Source: Candidatus Enterousia sp. (GTDB taxonomy: Bacteria; Pseudomonadota; Alphaproteobacteria; Rs-D84). From it: 64,000 nt of DNA. The notes under the pieces were generated by a model. That model was not told the origin of the DNA. It made no database searches and worked only from the letters and a program-made list of their open reading frames with translations. Shown here one piece after another: positions 40,539 to 49,909 of the stretch. The stretch is taken from NCBI GenBank assembly GCA_045635585.1, contig JAZTWA010000005.1:13101-77100 (forward strand). The letters are read 5' to 3'. Numbering within the stretch: position 1 is the stretch's first letter; the number at the start of each line of letters is the position of its first letter. The translations under genes were made by a program, and so were the position numbers.

Positions 40539-40571
40539 TTTTTTCTCCATATTTTTTGTATTTTCGTCTTT

Positions 40572-40641
40572 GCGAAGAAAAATCATTCTTTTCTGCGCCC
40601 TGATTTTTTTCAGACGCACAAAGGAACAATTTAATCTTCGC
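40572..40641 (-). promoter_or_regulatory. Long 5'-UTR stem-loop of pnp
   Basis: GCGAAGA/TCTTCGC, AAATTGTTC/GAATGATTT, TGCG/CGCA and CTGA/TCAG nested pairings, directly downstream of TTGCAA-16-TATAAT (40649-40676). Confidence 0.65.
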
Positions 40642-40691
40642 CCCATGAATTATAAAGCATATTTATCGCTTTGCAATACTTTTAACAAAAT

Positions 40692-40719
40692 AAAAACCGC
40701 CCAAAAATGGGCGATTTTT
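40692..40719 (-). terminator. Intrinsic terminator
   Basis: aaaaaccgccc-aaaaat-gggcgattttt. Confidence 0.7.
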
Positions 40720-40731
40720 CATATCGATGTA

Positions 40732-41748
40732 TTAATTTGCAGATACCCCGATTTGTCCTGACAATTCTGCCAACAAGCCATTTAATCTGGCAACTGTTTC
40801 TTCGGCATTCAACGCAACCGCAATTGTGTATGCAGATTCCAAATCACTGCGTGCCGCATCAACATTACCCAAATTCAAATTCAACGCAGCAGACTTTTCA
40901 AAATATGACATCGCGTTGTTCGACAAGCTTTCGCGGTCTTCCATGCTTGGGGTACCTTGGATTTGTTCAGAAATTACGCGAATTGCAGAAGAATAATCAT
41001 TTATCGCTTCGGCATAATTACCCAATGCAGTGTATGCTTCGGCACGTTCTGCGTAAACATCTGGGTCAACAGAACCTTCGGGACGCGCCAATGAATTTGT
41101 ATAATCAGCAACCGCACCTTCCCAATTCTTTAACCATAAATTCAACTGACCACGTTTTGCATACAAATCACGCATCTGTAAAATTGGACTTGGGCGTGTG
41201 GTATTTGCCGCCAATGCATTATTAATGTCATTCATTGCGGAACCATAATCTTCCAAGCGAACATTTAACAAGTAACGATCATAATATGCAACCGCATTTG
41301 ATGGATCCTTAGATAACGCCGCACCAAAATCGGCCATCGCATCACGATAGTTGCCCGCCTGCATTTGCGCTTCGCCACGCAAGATATATGTATCAACAGA
41401 CGCGACACCGGCATCAATCGCGGCAGACAAATCTGTAATCGCTTCGTCCAAATTGCCCGCGACCAATTTTTCTTTACCGCTTTCATAATAATCCGCCGCT
41501 TGCAATAATGCTTCTTCTGTAATTTGAACATCAGAAGATACGACGTTTGGATTATGACTGCGTCCCAAGATATAGAATGTCGCAGCAATAAAGAACAAAA
41601 TTATAAACCAATAAACATAAATCGACAATGACCATGGATTAAAACATGGTTTCGCAGCACTTGTTTTAATCGTCGTCTTAGACGCCACAGGCCGCACTTT
41701 GCCGCGTGTTTTTGTTGTTGTTGTTTTCTTTGTAGATGTTGTTTTCAT
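40732..41748 (-). CDS. Membrane-anchored TPR protein
   Basis: K/T-rich N-terminus, one TM helix, and multiple TPR repeats (AITDLSAAI, AMADFGAAL, AVADYTNSL). Confidence 0.85.
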   Translation of the reverse strand: MKTTSTKKTTTTKTRGKVRPVASKTTIKTSAAKPCFNPWSLSIYVYWFIILFFIAATFYILGRSHNPNVVSSDVQITEEALLQAADYYESGKEKLVAGNLDEAITDLSAAIDAGVASVDTYILRGEAQMQAGNYRDAMADFGAALSKDPSNAVAYYDRYLLNVRLEDYGSAMNDINNALAANTTRPSPILQMRDLYAKRGQLNLWLKNWEGAVADYTNSLARPEGSVDPDVYAERAEAYTALGNYAEAINDYSSAIRVISEQIQGTPSMEDRESLSNNAMSYFEKSAALNLNLGNVDAARSDLESAYTIAVALNAEETVARLNGLLAELSGQIGVSAN

Positions 41749-41777
41749 TCAAATCTCCCTTCCTTATAATATAGATA

Positions 41778-42476
41778 TTAAAAATATTTTGACATTTCGT
41801 CAATTGTTTTCTGTGAAATTTTTATAATTTTTCCAACAGATAAATTTCCCAGTGCAATATTACCAAATGAAATACGATGTAACTTTACCACAGGACAACC
41901 ACATGCACGCAATACAATTCGAACTTCGTTCTTTTTTCCTTCGGTAATTGTAACACGTAACTGATTATCTTGGATAACATCTATTTTCATTGGCGCATAC
42001 GTTATACCGTCAACTGTTATACCACGACGCGCCATTGTCAAACCAGACAAATCTTTGCATGACACAGTCGCAATATATGTACGCGGAATCTTTGATGACG
42101 GTAATGTTAACTTACGTGCCAATTCGCCATCATTTGTTAACAACAACAATCCCGTCGTTTTATAATCCAAGCGACCGACATATTTAAGATGTCTGTACTG
42201 GGGCGGTAAACAATCATATATTGTACGACGACCATTTGGGTCACGTAATGTTGTCATGGTATTTATCGGTTTATGAAACGCAAACAACTCTGTTTCTGTG
42301 CGCAACATAACCGGATTGCCATCCAAAGTAACCACATCAGATTCTTGGACAAAAAATACGGGCGTATCAACAAGGTTACCATTAACAGACACACGTCCCG
42401 CCAAAATTAATTCTTCGGCCGCACGACGTGATGCAACACCACAATCTGATAAAAATTTTGCAATACGTGTTCCCAT
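41778..42476 (-). CDS. rluB: RsuA/RluB-family pseudouridine synthase
   Basis: RIAKFLSDCGVASRR S4 domain, VGRLDYKTTGLLLLTNDG and EGKKNEVR. Confidence 0.9.
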   Translation of the reverse strand: MGTRIAKFLSDCGVASRRAAEELILAGRVSVNGNLVDTPVFFVQESDVVTLDGNPVMLRTETELFAFHKPINTMTTLRDPNGRRTIYDCLPPQYRHLKYVGRLDYKTTGLLLLTNDGELARKLTLPSSKIPRTYIATVSCKDLSGLTMARRGITVDGITYAPMKIDVIQDNQLRVTITEGKKNEVRIVLRACGCPVVKLHRISFGNIALGNLSVGKIIKISQKTIDEMSKYF

Positions 42477-42477
42477 T

Positions 42478-43131
42478 TTATTTTAACACCCGCGCAATTG
42501 CAATTTGTGCCGCCAATTCTGCGCGCAATATTGTTTTTCCCAATGATATACCACATGCGCCCGCCGCATCCAATGCCGCAAATTCAGAATCCGAAAAGCC
42601 ACCTTCGGGACCAATTAAAACACAATCAGATGTAATTTTTTCGCACATCTGTTTACCATATGCCGCACGTTCATCTGCAAATACAACACCAGATAAATCA
42701 AGGTCCGTAAATTTTATCGGCGATAATATTTGCGGCACACTGTTACGATTAGATTGTTCCGAAGATTCAATCACAATCTTTTTCATACGTTCCCAATTAA
42801 TATGATTTGCATTTGTTCGTGCCGTAATCACAGGCAAAAAACGCGCAACCCCCATTTGGGTCGCCATGTTTAATAAATCATCTGTTCGCTTTATCGGCGA
42901 AAACATCAGTGTAATATTATTCGATGGGTCGGTATGTTCTGTTTTTTCACCAATTATCAAATGTTCAGAATTCGGGGACAAAGTTGCACTATATTCATTA
43001 CCATCACCAAAAACCAAACAGTTATTAGTCCGCATAACACGCGATAAATAATGCGCAACATCACGTGATGCAGGCACTGACTTTCCCGTTACTATTTCGC
43101 CTTCAATAAAAATTCTTGGGATATTTTTCAT
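42478..43131 (-). CDS. rsmE: 16S rRNA m3U1498 methyltransferase
   Basis: HYLSRVMR, ATQMGV, ESSEQSNR, IGPEGGFS and LGKTILRAELA. Confidence 0.95.
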   Translation of the reverse strand: MKNIPRIFIEGEIVTGKSVPASRDVAHYLSRVMRTNNCLVFGDGNEYSATLSPNSEHLIIGEKTEHTDPSNNITLMFSPIKRTDDLLNMATQMGVARFLPVITARTNANHINWERMKKIVIESSEQSNRNSVPQILSPIKFTDLDLSGVVFADERAAYGKQMCEKITSDCVLIGPEGGFSDSEFAALDAAGACGISLGKTILRAELAAQIAIARVLK

Positions 43132-43186
43132 ATTTTTATAATTCCTGATTTATAATTTGTCTTTTTTCTGATATAATCTTAGCACG

Positions 43187-45439
43187 ATGGCAACTAAATT
43201 CAACATTTTATCAGCATCTGGCAAAGGAAAAGGTTTAAATATCTTTCGGTCCAGTTCATATAAAGAACACGAACAGACACCACTGGCGCGTGAATTTTGG
43301 TCAATACGTTGGGCAATATTTATATGGCTATTGGCGGCATTTATGTTTGCAATGGCTTTTCCAATTGAACACATATGGCGATATGGCTGGTCACCTGCAA
43401 CGAAACACTGGATAATTATTTATCTACAAAACTTTTTTATGTCGGGTGGCTTGTCCGCATTGGCAGAAATTCCATCGTGGATTGCGCGTTGCGTTATGCG
43501 ACCAGATATTCCATGCATAACACCACTGCTTCCGATAATCGGTTATTACCTGTTGGCTGATTCAACAATGACTGATGAATTTAACCCACACAGCAAGGAT
43601 AAATTTGATCCAAAAACATCGCGCGTCGCGACAATCAGTGATATCAAAAAAATGTCCCAAGACCATAAAAACAAAGAAGGATTGTTAAATGGCTTTATGA
43701 TGGTGTTGGGTTTTGTCAAAGACAAAGGCAAACCAAAACCATTAAAAATGGACGAATGTATGTCTGCACTGTTACTGGCACCCGCAGGTACCGGTAAAAC
43801 CAATGGTGTCGTTATACCAACAATTTTGGGGTGCGATACTGTTTCCATGATTATCAATGACCCAAAGCCTGAATTGCGTTATTCAACATCGGGATATCGT
43901 GCAACTGTTGGCCCCGTCTTTATATTAAACTGGGGTGCACGCGACGAACCAGAAAACGGGATTTATTATCCGGCATGGAATCCATTGTCCCCAGAAAATA
44001 TGCCTGATAATGCAGAAGAAAAAAGTACATATATTCAGGTTATTGTTAATACCGTTATTGAAGAAAACGCCAAGGATCCACACTGGTCTAATACGGCACG
44101 TGCGGCACTGACCGGATTTATAAACTTTATCGTATCCAAGGTTGAACGTGCCAAAGCAAATGACTATTTTTATTCAAGATTAATGAAGGGTACCTTTGAT
44201 TCCCAAGACGCAACCGTATTGATGGATTATTATATGACAATGTCATCCGACCCAAATGCATATGCAGCAATGTCATTGTTACAACAAGGCAAATTAACCA
44301 AAGAAAATTATGTTCATGTCGGGACGTGGGCGGGATTGCCACCCGAATGGCATGGGACCGAAGCATCAATCCCAATGTTCTTGGCATGGTATGTCGAAGG
44401 TCAATTAAAAATCGGTCAAGAACTGGAAGAACGCAAGCGTCAGGGCGACCAGATGGTTATGATGGCCGATCCAATGAAAGACTTTTTAACCGAAGCTGTT
44501 AATGAAGCGCAACTGTACGCATATGATAGTGATGCAATATCTTCGTTAATCAATTTGGCAAATACACCGGACAAGGAACGCGGGTCTGTTATTTCAACGA
44601 TGAATGCGGGATTAAATATTTTCCGACACCCAGCTGTAAACAAACATACACGACATTCTGATTTACATTTTACCGATGTACGCGGTATGGTTGACCCAAC
44701 AGACGGTCAGGTTAAGCCTGTTACAATTTATTTATCTATGAATGTTGCAGATGCGCCTGCATTTAAACCAATTACCAGCATGTTTATCGAACTGTTATCG
44801 AACTTTTTGATTGCAAATAAACCAGAGCACATAAATCATGGTAAAAAAATGGGGCCATTCCCTGCCCTGTTTGTATTGGACGAAATGCCAACCATGAATA
44901 AACTGGATGCAATTATCCAAGGTCCGGCCGTTGGACGTGGACAAATGGTATCATATCTGATTGTCGGTCAGGATATCAGCCAAATCGCCGATAAATATGG
45001 CGACAAAGCAACAGAAACAATTGTTGCAAATACGGCGGCAAAAATCATCTTGCGCGTTAATGACCCTGATACCGCCGCACGCTTTTCCAGCATGATGGGC
45101 AAGAAAAAAGTTAAAAAGAAAGAACGCGCAGTCGATGGCAAAGAATACGATGTCGATAAAGAAGAAGACTTGTTCAGCCCAATGGATTTGATGACACTGG
45201 CCAAAGGAAAACAGTTGGTATTGTTCCAAGGATTTTATAATCGACCAATCGAAGCAGATGGCGAATGGTATTTCCTGCGTCAATCACCGGTGCAAATCGA
45301 AATGGCGGCCAAGGTTGATTTGGGTGAAACAACACCAATCCCAGAATACATGATTCCAAAACACCATCGTGCATTACGATATGCGGGAAATCCACGTGTA
45401 TATAACCCCAAAACAAAAGAAGTAAAAGAACTAGTATAA
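43187..45439 (+). CDS. virD4: Type IV secretion coupling protein, VirD4/TraG family
   Basis: N-terminal TM helices, Walker A APAGTGKT, NDPKPEL, WNPL, Walker B FVLDEMP, and QDISQI..KYG. Confidence 0.9.
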   Translation: MATKFNILSASGKGKGLNIFRSSSYKEHEQTPLAREFWSIRWAIFIWLLAAFMFAMAFPIEHIWRYGWSPATKHWIIIYLQNFFMSGGLSALAEIPSWIARCVMRPDIPCITPLLPIIGYYLLADSTMTDEFNPHSKDKFDPKTSRVATISDIKKMSQDHKNKEGLLNGFMMVLGFVKDKGKPKPLKMDECMSALLLAPAGTGKTNGVVIPTILGCDTVSMIINDPKPELRYSTSGYRATVGPVFILNWGARDEPENGIYYPAWNPLSPENMPDNAEEKSTYIQVIVNTVIEENAKDPHWSNTARAALTGFINFIVSKVERAKANDYFYSRLMKGTFDSQDATVLMDYYMTMSSDPNAYAAMSLLQQGKLTKENYVHVGTWAGLPPEWHGTEASIPMFLAWYVEGQLKIGQELEERKRQGDQMVMMADPMKDFLTEAVNEAQLYAYDSDAISSLINLANTPDKERGSVISTMNAGLNIFRHPAVNKHTRHSDLHFTDVRGMVDPTDGQVKPVTIYLSMNVADAPAFKPITSMFIELLSNFLIANKPEHINHGKKMGPFPALFVLDEMPTMNKLDAIIQGPAVGRGQMVSYLIVGQDISQIADKYGDKATETIVANTAAKIILRVNDPDTAARFSSMMGKKKVKKKERAVDGKEYDVDKEEDLFSPMDLMTLAKGKQLVLFQGFYNRPIEADGEWYFLRQSPVQIEMAAKVDLGETTPIPEYMIPKHHRALRYAGNPRVYNPKTKEVKELV

Positions 45440-45466
45440 AAAAAACCGACAAATCGTCGGTTTTTT
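45438..45466. terminator. Bidirectional terminator
   Basis: aaaaaaaccgac-aaatc-gtcggtttttt between virD4 and infC. Confidence 0.85.
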
Positions 45467-45468
45467 AT

Positions 45469-46017
45469 TTATTTTGCAGGCGCAATGATAATTGATTTTG
45501 TTCTTTCGTCTGGTTTGGATTTTGATTCCAACGTACCACGATCACCAATTATTTCAATTACACGTGCAAATAATTCTGGTACCGCATCCTTGCCACGTGC
45601 CAAGACACGTTTATTACCCTTGGTCATGACAGAAATTTTAACCTTGTTACCGTCGCCCAAAAATTCCAAAGCTTTTTTCATTTTGATATTCAGGTCATTT
45701 TCTTCGATAAATGGTTTGACCCAAACTTCTTTCATTTCAATGCTTTTTTGTTTCTTGCGCGCTTCGGATGCGCGTTTTTTCTGTTCATATTTGAACTTGC
45801 CATAATCCATTATCTTGGTTATTGGAGTTGCGTTGTTGGCATTAATTTCAACCAAATCCAATCCCATATCCATTGCCATCTGTAACGCCTGAGATGTTGG
45901 CATAACACCCAGATTTTGGCCATCTGTGCTGATAACTTGGACCGATTTTGCAAAGATCCGGTTGTTCATACGCGGACCTGTGTCGCGACGATTATCACGA
46001 TTTGTCATAGGTTTAAT
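45469..46017 (-). CDS. infC: Translation initiation factor IF-3 (probable AUU start)
   Basis: RMNNRI, MGLDLVEI, KIMDYGKFKYE, DLNIKMK and GNKVK. Upstream reads AAGGAG-CCTAAC-ATT-AAA-CCT-ATG. Confidence 0.95.
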   Translation of the reverse strand: MKPMTNRDNRRDTGPRMNNRIFAKSVQVISTDGQNLGVMPTSQALQMAMDMGLDLVEINANNATPITKIMDYGKFKYEQKKRASEARKKQKSIEMKEVWVKPFIEENDLNIKMKKALEFLGDGNKVKISVMTKGNKRVLARGKDAVPELFARVIEIIGDRGTLESKSKPDERTKSIIIAPAK

Positions 46018-46053
46018 GTTAGGCTCCTTTATTAAATATGTGCGAATTATTAA

Positions 46054-46839
46054 CTATTTTTCGGTACTTTTCAAGATATTTTGCACAGATTGTAATGCCG
46101 TCCATACATCACGCTTGGCCGCGGGTTTTAATATCAAATAATTTGGATGATATATCGGCACCAATGTTATATTTTCTGAATATTCAAATGAATTGCCATG
46201 CGATTTCGTCAGGTTTATTTCCATTAATTCTGATGCAGGTAACGTCCCCAATGTCAAAATTACACGTGGCGCAATTAATTCCACCACACGATTAACAAAT
46301 GGACGTGCCAAATCCAATTCCAAACGTGATGGCGCCCGCCCGCCGGGTGTACGCCAGAATATCATCGGAACAATAGATACATTTGCACGTGATAAACCAA
46401 TTGCCGCCAGCATCTTGTCCATCAATTCGCCGGATGCGCCTGATAAAATCGTACCTGTTGCGTCATCTTCACTGCTGGGGATATCTGTTATGATTAATAA
46501 ACTCCCCTGCCCCACATGTGGCAAAACAGTATTTGTTGCACATGCGCGTAACGGATGATTAAATTCGCCAATCATTCGACAAAGCGCAGACATGTCATTT
46601 GGACGCGACGCCATCGCACAAACCGTTTCAACCGATATCGACTGAGACGGCGCAATTGGCGGCACAACAGATGACGTCATACGACCAATCTCGGAAATAA
46701 GATTCCCCGATTCGCGACGCATATCTGATGCGGGCGCCATAGTTTCTGTTTTGGGCGGCGTTGGAACCATAAAAGAATTATCCGTTATTTCCCAACGTAC
46801 ACCCGCAGCAACCAAATCGCGCAACAATTTATCTGACAT
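46054..46839 (-). CDS. Uracil-DNA glycosylase family 4-like protein (diverged motif A)
   Basis: WRTPGGRAP, PRVILTLG and PIYHPNYL motifs. GE(A/G)PG is replaced by TDIPS. Start refined to ATG 46839. Confidence 0.8.
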   Translation of the reverse strand: MSDKLLRDLVAAGVRWEITDNSFMVPTPPKTETMAPASDMRRESGNLISEIGRMTSSVVPPIAPSQSISVETVCAMASRPNDMSALCRMIGEFNHPLRACATNTVLPHVGQGSLLIITDIPSSEDDATGTILSGASGELMDKMLAAIGLSRANVSIVPMIFWRTPGGRAPSRLELDLARPFVNRVVELIAPRVILTLGTLPASELMEINLTKSHGNSFEYSENITLVPIYHPNYLILKPAAKRDVWTALQSVQNILKSTEK

Positions 46840-46916
46840 CTGTGTTTTCCCTTGATTTTTCAATATTTCTATTGTACACTACACCAGGAGTAACAGAAAC
46901 TCAAGGGAGTATTTTC

Positions 46917-47333
46917 ATGAAAATAAAAAACTTTGCTTTGTTGGCGGGCGTTGCAGGCCTGTTGGCGGCATGTGGCGGTTCTGCAATCGTTGAACCTGCT
47001 GATTTGAACGATCAACGCGTATTCTTTGGTTTCAATTCTTCAGAAATCACAGAAGATGCAAAAAACAACTTGTTAGGTCAGGCTTTGTATATGAAAAACC
47101 ACGAAGATGTAAAAATCCAAATCGCTGGTAATTGCGACGAACGTGGTTCAACAGAATACAACTTGGCTTTGGGTGCACGTCGTGCAAATGCTGCGAAGAA
47201 CGTTATCGTAAAAGACGGCGTTAGCGCAAAACGTATCTCTACTATCTCTTATGGTAAAGAACGCCCATTGGTCCAAGGTACAGGCGAAAAAGTCTGGAAA
47301 TGGAATCGTAACGCAACAACAACTGTTAAATAA
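46917..47333 (+). CDS. pal: Peptidoglycan-associated lipoprotein Pal
   Basis: Lipobox LAA|C, VFFGFNS, GNCDERGSTEYNLALGARRA, SYGKERP and NR. Confidence 0.93.
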   Translation: MKIKNFALLAGVAGLLAACGGSAIVEPADLNDQRVFFGFNSSEITEDAKNNLLGQALYMKNHEDVKIQIAGNCDERGSTEYNLALGARRANAAKNVIVKDGVSAKRISTISYGKERPLVQGTGEKVWKWNRNATTTVK

Positions 47334-47349
47334 TTGTTGCAATACAGAT

Positions 47350-47378
47350 AAAAAAAGCCGGCAAATACCGGCTTTTTT
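47350..47378 (+). terminator. Terminator, CCGGC family
   Basis: aaaaaaagccgg-caaata-ccggctttttt; identical to the copy at 59179-59208. Confidence 0.85.
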
Positions 47379-47408
47379 ATTAACAAAATTACATTGATTG
47401 ATTTTATC

Positions 47409-47438
47409 AAAAAATTACCGGCAAATGCCGGCTTTTTT
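47409..47438 (-). terminator. Terminator, CCGGC family
   Basis: ccggc-aaat-gccgg with flanking A/T tracts, after parB. Confidence 0.75.
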
Positions 47439-47446
47439 ATATATTT

Positions 47447-48325
47447 TTATTTTGATAATCTTTCAACCAATTCATACATCTGGGTTCTGGTTGCAAAAGA
47501 TAATGTTATCTGCCCTGCCCCACCACGACGTTCTGACAACTTTACAGGTACGCCCAACGCCACACGAATACGCGATTCAATTTCGCGCACAGTGGCCGCA
47601 TCAATCGTTTTTTGAATGTGTTTTCGTGTTTCTTTGGAACGTGGCCCCGCCTTGACTAATTGTTCAGTCGCAGCCACAGATAACTTATTCGCAACAATCG
47701 CATGTGCCAAATCTTCCGGATTTTCCGCAACAGCAATTGTACGCGCATGCGATGCAGATATATCGCCGTTAGATACCAAATTCTGAACAGATTCAGGCAA
47801 TGATGTTATGCGTAACATATTGCGAATATAACTGGACGATTTACCAATTAAGCGCGCAACATCCGGCAATTCATAATTACAACATTCCATCAAGTTTTTA
47901 TAAGCATTCGCTTCTTCAATCGGATTCAGATTTTCACGCTGAACATTTTCAATCAATGCAATTTCCATCGCATTATTGTCATCCAGCGTTTTTATTAACG
48001 CCGGTATTTCATTCAATCCAGCCATCTGGGACGCACGATACCGACGTTCACCCGCAACAATTTCATACATATACGGACACCCCGATACCACACGTAATAA
48101 AATCGGCTGTAATACCCCCTTTTCGCGAATAGACGCCGCCAAATCAGACAATTCAGATTCTGTGAATGTCTTGCGCGGCTGGTCTGGATTGGCACCAATC
48201 TGGGCCAACGGAATCTGCTTTACAACAACACGTTCAGACGCAGACAATAAAGATATATCCGGTATCGCGCCACGCGCAGCCCCCAATTCAGATAAACCGC
48301 GACCCAACCCAAATTTATTTGCCAT
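47447..48325 (-). CDS. parB: Chromosome partitioning protein ParB
   Basis: NPDQPRKTF, GVLQPILLR, IVAGERRYRAS, LIENVQRENLNPIEEA and HTH motif. Confidence 0.97.
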   Translation of the reverse strand: MANKFGLGRGLSELGAARGAIPDISLLSASERVVVKQIPLAQIGANPDQPRKTFTESELSDLAASIREKGVLQPILLRVVSGCPYMYEIVAGERRYRASQMAGLNEIPALIKTLDDNNAMEIALIENVQRENLNPIEEANAYKNLMECCNYELPDVARLIGKSSSYIRNMLRITSLPESVQNLVSNGDISASHARTIAVAENPEDLAHAIVANKLSVAATEQLVKAGPRSKETRKHIQKTIDAATVREIESRIRVALGVPVKLSERRGGAGQITLSFATRTQMYELVERLSK

Positions 48326-49097
48326 CTATCCCCCCTGTGGTTCTTTGTACAACTTCGGTTGCCACACGCAAATATGCCTGGGCCCCAGTAGAATTAAAAT
48401 CATAAAATAATGCCGGCTTGCCATGACTTGGCGCCTCTGACACACGGACATTACGCGGAACAACCGTTTTAAATACCAATTCACCAAATGTCGAACGCAC
48501 ATCTTCTTCGACCGCACGTGTCAGACCATAACGCTTATCATACATAGTCAACAGCACACCCAACACAGACAAATCAGGATTCCACTTTTCGCGCACAATC
48601 GATATAGTATCCATTAATTGTTGAATACCTTCGAGCGCAAAAAATTCACATTGCAATGGTACAATAACACTATCCGCGGCAGTCAATGCGTTAATCGTTA
48701 AAAAACCCAATGCAGGCGGACAATCCAATAAAATATAATCATAATGGCCGGCAATCGGCACCAATGCATCACGTAAACGAAATTCACGATTTGGCATATC
48801 CAATAAATCTATATCCGCACCTGCCAAAGCCTGAGATGACGGCAACAAGTGCAACCCAGGAATCGCAGTCGTTAATATATTATCCGCAGCATTGGCGTTA
48901 CCCATAATAACACCATAAGCACTTTGATTATGTGCCGCACGCACAAAACCCAATCCAGTACCCGCATTTCCCTGTTGATCCAAATCAATTAACAAAACAC
49001 GTTTTTTTATCGATGCCAATGATGCACCAATATTTATCGCGGTCGTCGTCTTACCAACACCGCCTTTTTGATTCGCAAATGCAATTATTTGTACCAT
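48315..49097 (-). CDS. parA: Chromosome partitioning ATPase ParA/Soj
   Basis: NQKGGVGKTTT, DLDQQGN, DCPPALG, QCEFFALEG and PRNVRVSEAPSHG. Confidence 0.97.
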   Translation of the reverse strand: MVQIIAFANQKGGVGKTTTAINIGASLASIKKRVLLIDLDQQGNAGTGLGFVRAAHNQSAYGVIMGNANAADNILTTAIPGLHLLPSSQALAGADIDLLDMPNREFRLRDALVPIAGHYDYILLDCPPALGFLTINALTAADSVIVPLQCEFFALEGIQQLMDTISIVREKWNPDLSVLGVLLTMYDKRYGLTRAVEEDVRSTFGELVFKTVVPRNVRVSEAPSHGKPALFYDFNSTGAQAYLRVATEVVQRTTGGIDGK

Positions 49098-49203
49098 TTT
49101 CCCTTTCCGTTTTTATACGAACACCTTATAAAAACCGACCGATTCGGTCAAGATATTAATAACAAAACTAAAAAAATCACGTAGAACCAATATATTAAGG
49201 CGC

Positions 49204-49219
49204 AATTTCACATGAAACA
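49204..49219. other. Putative parS site (variant)
   Basis: AATTTCACATGAAACA matches the TGTTTCACGTGAAACA consensus at 13/16 and lies upstream of parA. Confidence 0.6.
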
Positions 49220-49243
49220 AAACACACATAAACAAAAAAATAT

Positions 49244-49270
49244 AAAAAAACCGGCAAAAGCCGGTTTTTT
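49244..49270 (-). terminator. Terminator, CCGGC family
   Basis: aaaaaaaccggc-aaaa-gccggtttttt, located between the two parS-like sites. Confidence 0.8.
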
Positions 49271-49313
49271 ATTAACACTTTAACTTTTCAAATTAAAACA
49301 ACGCATTATCCGA

Positions 49314-49329
49314 CATTTCACATGAAATT
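49314..49329. other. Putative parS site (variant)
   Basis: CATTTCACATGAAATT carries the same TTTCACATGAAA core, 110 bp from the first copy. Confidence 0.55.
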
Positions 49330-49888
49330 ACCGGTCAAAACGCACTAAAACAATAAAACCATCGCCCGTTTTTGATGACACCAATTCATAATCAAATTTA
49401 TACTTTTGTTTTGCAACAGATATTTCTGATTCAATTTCCCGGCCTTTTAATAAAAAAAGCCGGCATTTTTTACGCGCAACATAATCCATAATTTTTATCA
49501 TTGGCGCAAAAGCGCGAGCCGTAAACACAACATTATCGTTTTTTTCCGGCATTTTTGAAACAAAATCTTCGACACGACCATGATAAATCGTCAAATTATC
49601 CAACTGTAATGCATCTTTGACCGCCGACAAAAAAGCAACTTTTTTGCCAATCGATTCGATACAAGTAACATTCCACCCCAGTATCGCCAACACAACACCA
49701 GGAAAACCGGCCCCACTGCCCAAATCAATAACATTTACATCACGTGGTAAAACGTCCGCCAATTGGGCAGAATCCGCGAAATGACGTGTTTCAATATCGT
49801 TCAACGTACTGGGCGCAACCAAGTTCATGCGACCAGACCATTCACGCAATAACGATGCATACTGTTCAAATTTGACTTTGTTCTTCAT
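49328..49888 (-). CDS. rsmG: 16S rRNA m7G527 methyltransferase GidB
   Basis: WSGRMNLV, RHFADS, DLGSGAGFPG, ARAFA and LKG. Confidence 0.95.
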   Translation of the reverse strand: MKNKVKFEQYASLLREWSGRMNLVAPSTLNDIETRHFADSAQLADVLPRDVNVIDLGSGAGFPGVVLAILGWNVTCIESIGKKVAFLSAVKDALQLDNLTIYHGRVEDFVSKMPEKNDNVVFTARAFAPMIKIMDYVARKKCRLFLLKGREIESEISVAKQKYKFDYELVSSKTGDGFIVLVRFDR

Positions 49889-49895
49889 ACGCGCT

Positions 49896-49904
49896 ATTGT
49901 AACA
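49896..49904 (-). promoter_or_regulatory. Extended -10 element (leaderless rsmG)
   Basis: TG-T-TACAAT, then 7 nt to ATG 49888, in a 21-bp divergent spacer. Confidence 0.5.
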
Positions 49905-49909
49905 TAACT

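Noticed and set aside
43187-45439. Integrative conjugative element around virD4
   Set aside because: It is flanked directly by rsmE and infC, with no integrase, relaxase, virB genes or direct repeats.
49098-49327. oriC in the rsmG-parA gap
   Set aside because: No cluster of TTATCCACA-like DnaA boxes was found by eye; only the parS-like sites are supportable.
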